The notes beneath the pieces were generated by a model that saw only the letters and a program-made list of their open reading frames with translations, ran no database searches and was not told the origin of the DNA. From the sequence record OQ446694.1: 64,000 nt of DNA. The stretch is one strand, 5' to 3'. This document shows, piece after piece, positions 61,068 to 64,000 of the stretch (within the stretch, counting starts at the first letter, position 1; each line of letters begins with the position of its first letter). The translations under genes were made by a program, and so were the position numbers. This stretch comes from Escherichia phage Killian.

Positions 61068-61586
61068 ATGAGCGCTGATTTAGGAGAATCCATGGAAGGT
61101 TCTTCTATCGACGTCACCTTTACCGCTCAATTAGAAACAGGTGAAACGTTAGTATCTATAAATATAACTAGTTACGAAGAAACTCCTGGAGTTTTAGTAG
61201 AAGAAAATCGTTTATATGGAACGTATGAATCTGTATTTGGATTTGGAAATGATGCGTTGAAATATCGTTTAGATAATGAATTTAAAACTGCTGCTTCATG
61301 GGAAGACCTTCCAACTGATTCTAATACCCAATTGTATTTATGGAAAGCTCCTCAGAACCTCCAGAAGACATTCACTTACGAAGTAACATTAATATATGAC
61401 TACCAAGAACAAAGTGAATCTGGAGGTTCTGGTAGTAATTCTAGGTCATCTTCTGATACCACTGAACCAACTGATCCTCCAGCTCCAATAAGAAAAACTC
61501 TTGTTAAAAATTACACAAAAACTATAGTTGGAAATTGGAGTCGTTGGGCTAATAAATTGAGAAGCTACGTGTATGAGAGGCAATAA
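61068..61586 (+). CDS. hypothetical protein (5.1-like)
   Basis: track ORF 61029..61586 trimmed to first Met after the gp5 stop. Confidence 0.45.
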
Positions 61587-61880
61587 ATGTCAGGATTAAG
61601 CTATGATAAGTGTGTTACTGCTGGCCATGAAGCATGGCCTCCAACAGTTGTGAATGCTACACAAAGTAAAGTATTCACTGGAGGAATTGCTGTTCTCGTA
61701 GCAGGCGATCCAATTACAGAACATACAGAAATTAAAAAGCCATATGAAACACATGGCGGAGTGACACAACCTAGAACTTCTAAGGTATATGTCACTGGAA
61801 AGAAAGCTGTTCAAATGGCTGATCCAATATCATGCGGTGATACTGTGGCTCAGGCATCATCTAAAGTATTCATTAAATAG
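61587..61880 (+). CDS. 5.4: gp5.4 PAAR-repeat spike tip protein
   Basis: 97 aa; T4 length and position. Confidence 0.8.
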
Positions 61881-61888
61881 GATTTAAA

Positions 61889-63871
61889 ATGGCAAATACC
61901 CCTGTAAATTATCAATTAACAAGAACAGCAAATGCTATTCCCGAGATATTCGTCGGGGGTACATTTGCTGAAATAAAACAAAACCTCATTGAATGGCTTA
62001 ATGGCCAAAATGAATTTTTGGATTATGATTTTGAAGGCTCAAGATTAAACGTTCTGTGTGACCTTTTGGCTTATAATACATTGTACATTCAGCAGTTTGG
62101 TAATGCTGCCTTGTATGAAAGCTTTATGCGTACTGCTAATTTACGTAGTTCAGTAGTTCAAGCTGCACAAGATAATGGATATTTACCTACTTCAAAATCA
62201 GCTGCTCAAACTGAAATTATGCTAACTTGTACAGACGCATTGAATAGAAATTATATTACTATTCCTCGTGGTACTCGCTTTTTAGCATATGCAAAGGATA
62301 CTTCCGTTAATCCTTACAACTTTGTATCTACCGAAGATGTTATTGCTATTCGTGATAAAAATAACCAATATTTTCCACGTTTAAAATTGGCCCAGGGACG
62401 TATAGTAAGAACTGAAATCATTTATGATAAATTAACACCTATTATCATTTATGACAAAAATATAGATAGAAACCAAGTTAAACTATACGTTGATGGAGCA
62501 GAATGGATTAACTGGACAAGAAAGTCAATGGTTCATGCTGGTTCTACATCAACAATTTACTACATGCGTGAAACTATTGATGGAAATACTGAGTTTTATT
62601 TTGGTGAAGGCGAGATTTCTGTTAATGCGGCAGAAGGAGCATTGACTGCTAATTATATTGGAGGTCTTAAACCTACCCAGAACTCTACGATTGTTATTGA
62701 GTACATCAGTACTAACGGTGCAGATGCGAATGGCGCAGTCGGATTTTCATATGCAGATACATTAACAAATATAACTGTCATCAACATTAATGAAAATCCA
62801 AACGATGACCCAGATTTTGTTGGGGCAGATGGCGGCGGTGATCCAGAAGATATTGAACGTATTCGTGAATTGGGTACTATTAAACGCGAGACCCAGCAAC
62901 GCTGCGTAACTGCGACTGACTATGATACATTCGTTTCAGAGAGATTTGGTTCTATTATTCAAGCAGTTCAGACTTTCACTGATTCTACTAAACCTGGTTA
63001 TGCATTTATTGCCGCTAAACCTAAATCAGGACTATATTTAACTACTGTACAGCGCGAAGATATTAAAAATTATCTCAAAGACTATAATTTAGCTCCTATT
63101 ACGCCATCAATTATTTCTCCTAATTACCTTTTTATTAAGACTAATTTAAAAGTCACATATGCTTTAAATAAGCTGCAAGAATCCGAACAGTGGCTCGAAG
63201 GTCAAATAATTGATAAAATTGATCGTTATTATACCGAAGATGTAGAAATTTTTAACTCATCTTTCGCTAAATCTAAGATGTTGACATATGTAGATGATGC
63301 AGATCATTCTATCATTGGCTCATCAGCGACAATTCAAATTGTTCGTGAAGTACAAAACTTCTATAAAACGCCTGAAGCAGGTATTAAATACAATAATCAA
63401 ATAAAAGATCGTTCTATGGAATCTAATACGTTTTCATTTAATTCTGGACGAAAGGTTGTAAATCCTGATACTGGTTTAGAAGAAGATGTATTATATGACG
63501 TTCGCATAGTATCAACAGACCGAAATTCTAAAGGAATTGGTAAAGTTATTATTGGTCCATTTGCTTCTGGCGATGTTACAGAAAATAAAAACATTCGTCC
63601 ATATACAGGAAACGATTTTAACAAATTAGCAAATTCTGATGGACGCGACAAATACTATGTTATCGGTGAAATAAATTATCCAGCTGATGTGATTTATTGG
63701 AATATCGCTAAAATTAATTTAACATCTGAAAAATTTGAAGTTCAGACCATTGAATTATATTCTGACCCAACCGATGATGTTATCTTTACTCGCGATGGTT
63801 CACTGATTGTATTTGAAAATGACTTACGTCCACAATACTTAACTATCGATTTGGAGCCTATATCACAATGA
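61889..63871 (+). CDS. 6: gp6 baseplate wedge protein
   Basis: 660 aa; T4 length and position. Confidence 0.9.
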   Translation: MANTPVNYQLTRTANAIPEIFVGGTFAEIKQNLIEWLNGQNEFLDYDFEGSRLNVLCDLLAYNTLYIQQFGNAALYESFMRTANLRSSVVQAAQDNGYLPTSKSAAQTEIMLTCTDALNRNYITIPRGTRFLAYAKDTSVNPYNFVSTEDVIAIRDKNNQYFPRLKLAQGRIVRTEIIYDKLTPIIIYDKNIDRNQVKLYVDGAEWINWTRKSMVHAGSTSTIYYMRETIDGNTEFYFGEGEISVNAAEGALTANYIGGLKPTQNSTIVIEYISTNGADANGAVGFSYADTLTNITVININENPNDDPDFVGADGGGDPEDIERIRELGTIKRETQQRCVTATDYDTFVSERFGSIIQAVQTFTDSTKPGYAFIAAKPKSGLYLTTVQREDIKNYLKDYNLAPITPSIISPNYLFIKTNLKVTYALNKLQESEQWLEGQIIDKIDRYYTEDVEIFNSSFAKSKMLTYVDDADHSIIGSSATIQIVREVQNFYKTPEAGIKYNNQIKDRSMESNTFSFNSGRKVVNPDTGLEEDVLYDVRIVSTDRNSKGIGKVIIGPFASGDVTENKNIRPYTGNDFNKLANSDGRDKYYVIGEINYPADVIYWNIAKINLTSEKFEVQTIELYSDPTDDVIFTRDGSLIVFENDLRPQYLTIDLEPISQ

Positions 63872-64000
63872 CAGTAAAAGCACCTTCAGTCACTAGTCTC
63901 AGAATTTCCAAGTTATCCGCAAATCAGGTGCAAGTACGCTGGGATGACGTTGGTGCTAATTTCTACTATTTTGTAGAAATCGCTGAGACAAAGACAGACT
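63868..64000 (+). CDS. 7: gp7 baseplate wedge protein, N-terminal fragment
   Basis: ATG overlaps gp6 stop (ATGA); frame open to window end. Confidence 0.7.
   Translation, partial: MTVKAPSVTSLRISKLSANQVQVRWDDVGANFYYFVEIAETKTD

Overview
This window reads as a roughly 64-kb segment of a T4-like (T-even, Tevenvirinae) coliphage genome, collinear with phage T4 from the dmd/61.x region through to gene 7. Identifications rest on my recollection of T4 protein sequences, lengths and gene order; nothing was searched against a database. Almost every gene up to about 58.7 kb is on the minus strand (early/middle transcription); late structural genes 53, 5, 5.4, 6 and 7 switch to the plus strand at a divergent late-promoter region. 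Recognised genes include the replication/recombination core (41, uvsX, 42, 43, regA, 62, 44, 45, rpbA, 46, 47), a-gt, 55, nrdH/G/D, 49, nrdC, tk, vs, regB, denV, lysozyme e, nudE, a seven-tRNA island, internal-protein genes, 57B/57A, and genes 1, 3, 2, 4. The most interesting parts are the accessory regions: a large nrdC-to-tk block of uncharacterised genes (four tandem coiled-coil paralogs, a P-loop ATPase plus nucleotidyltransferase-like module), a non-T4 glycosyltransferase at the beta-gt locus, four freestanding homing-endonuclease genes, and repeated early-promoter cassettes. I found no CRISPR array, rRNA or integrase. Promoter, terminator and tRNA coordinates were read by eye and are approximate to a few bases.
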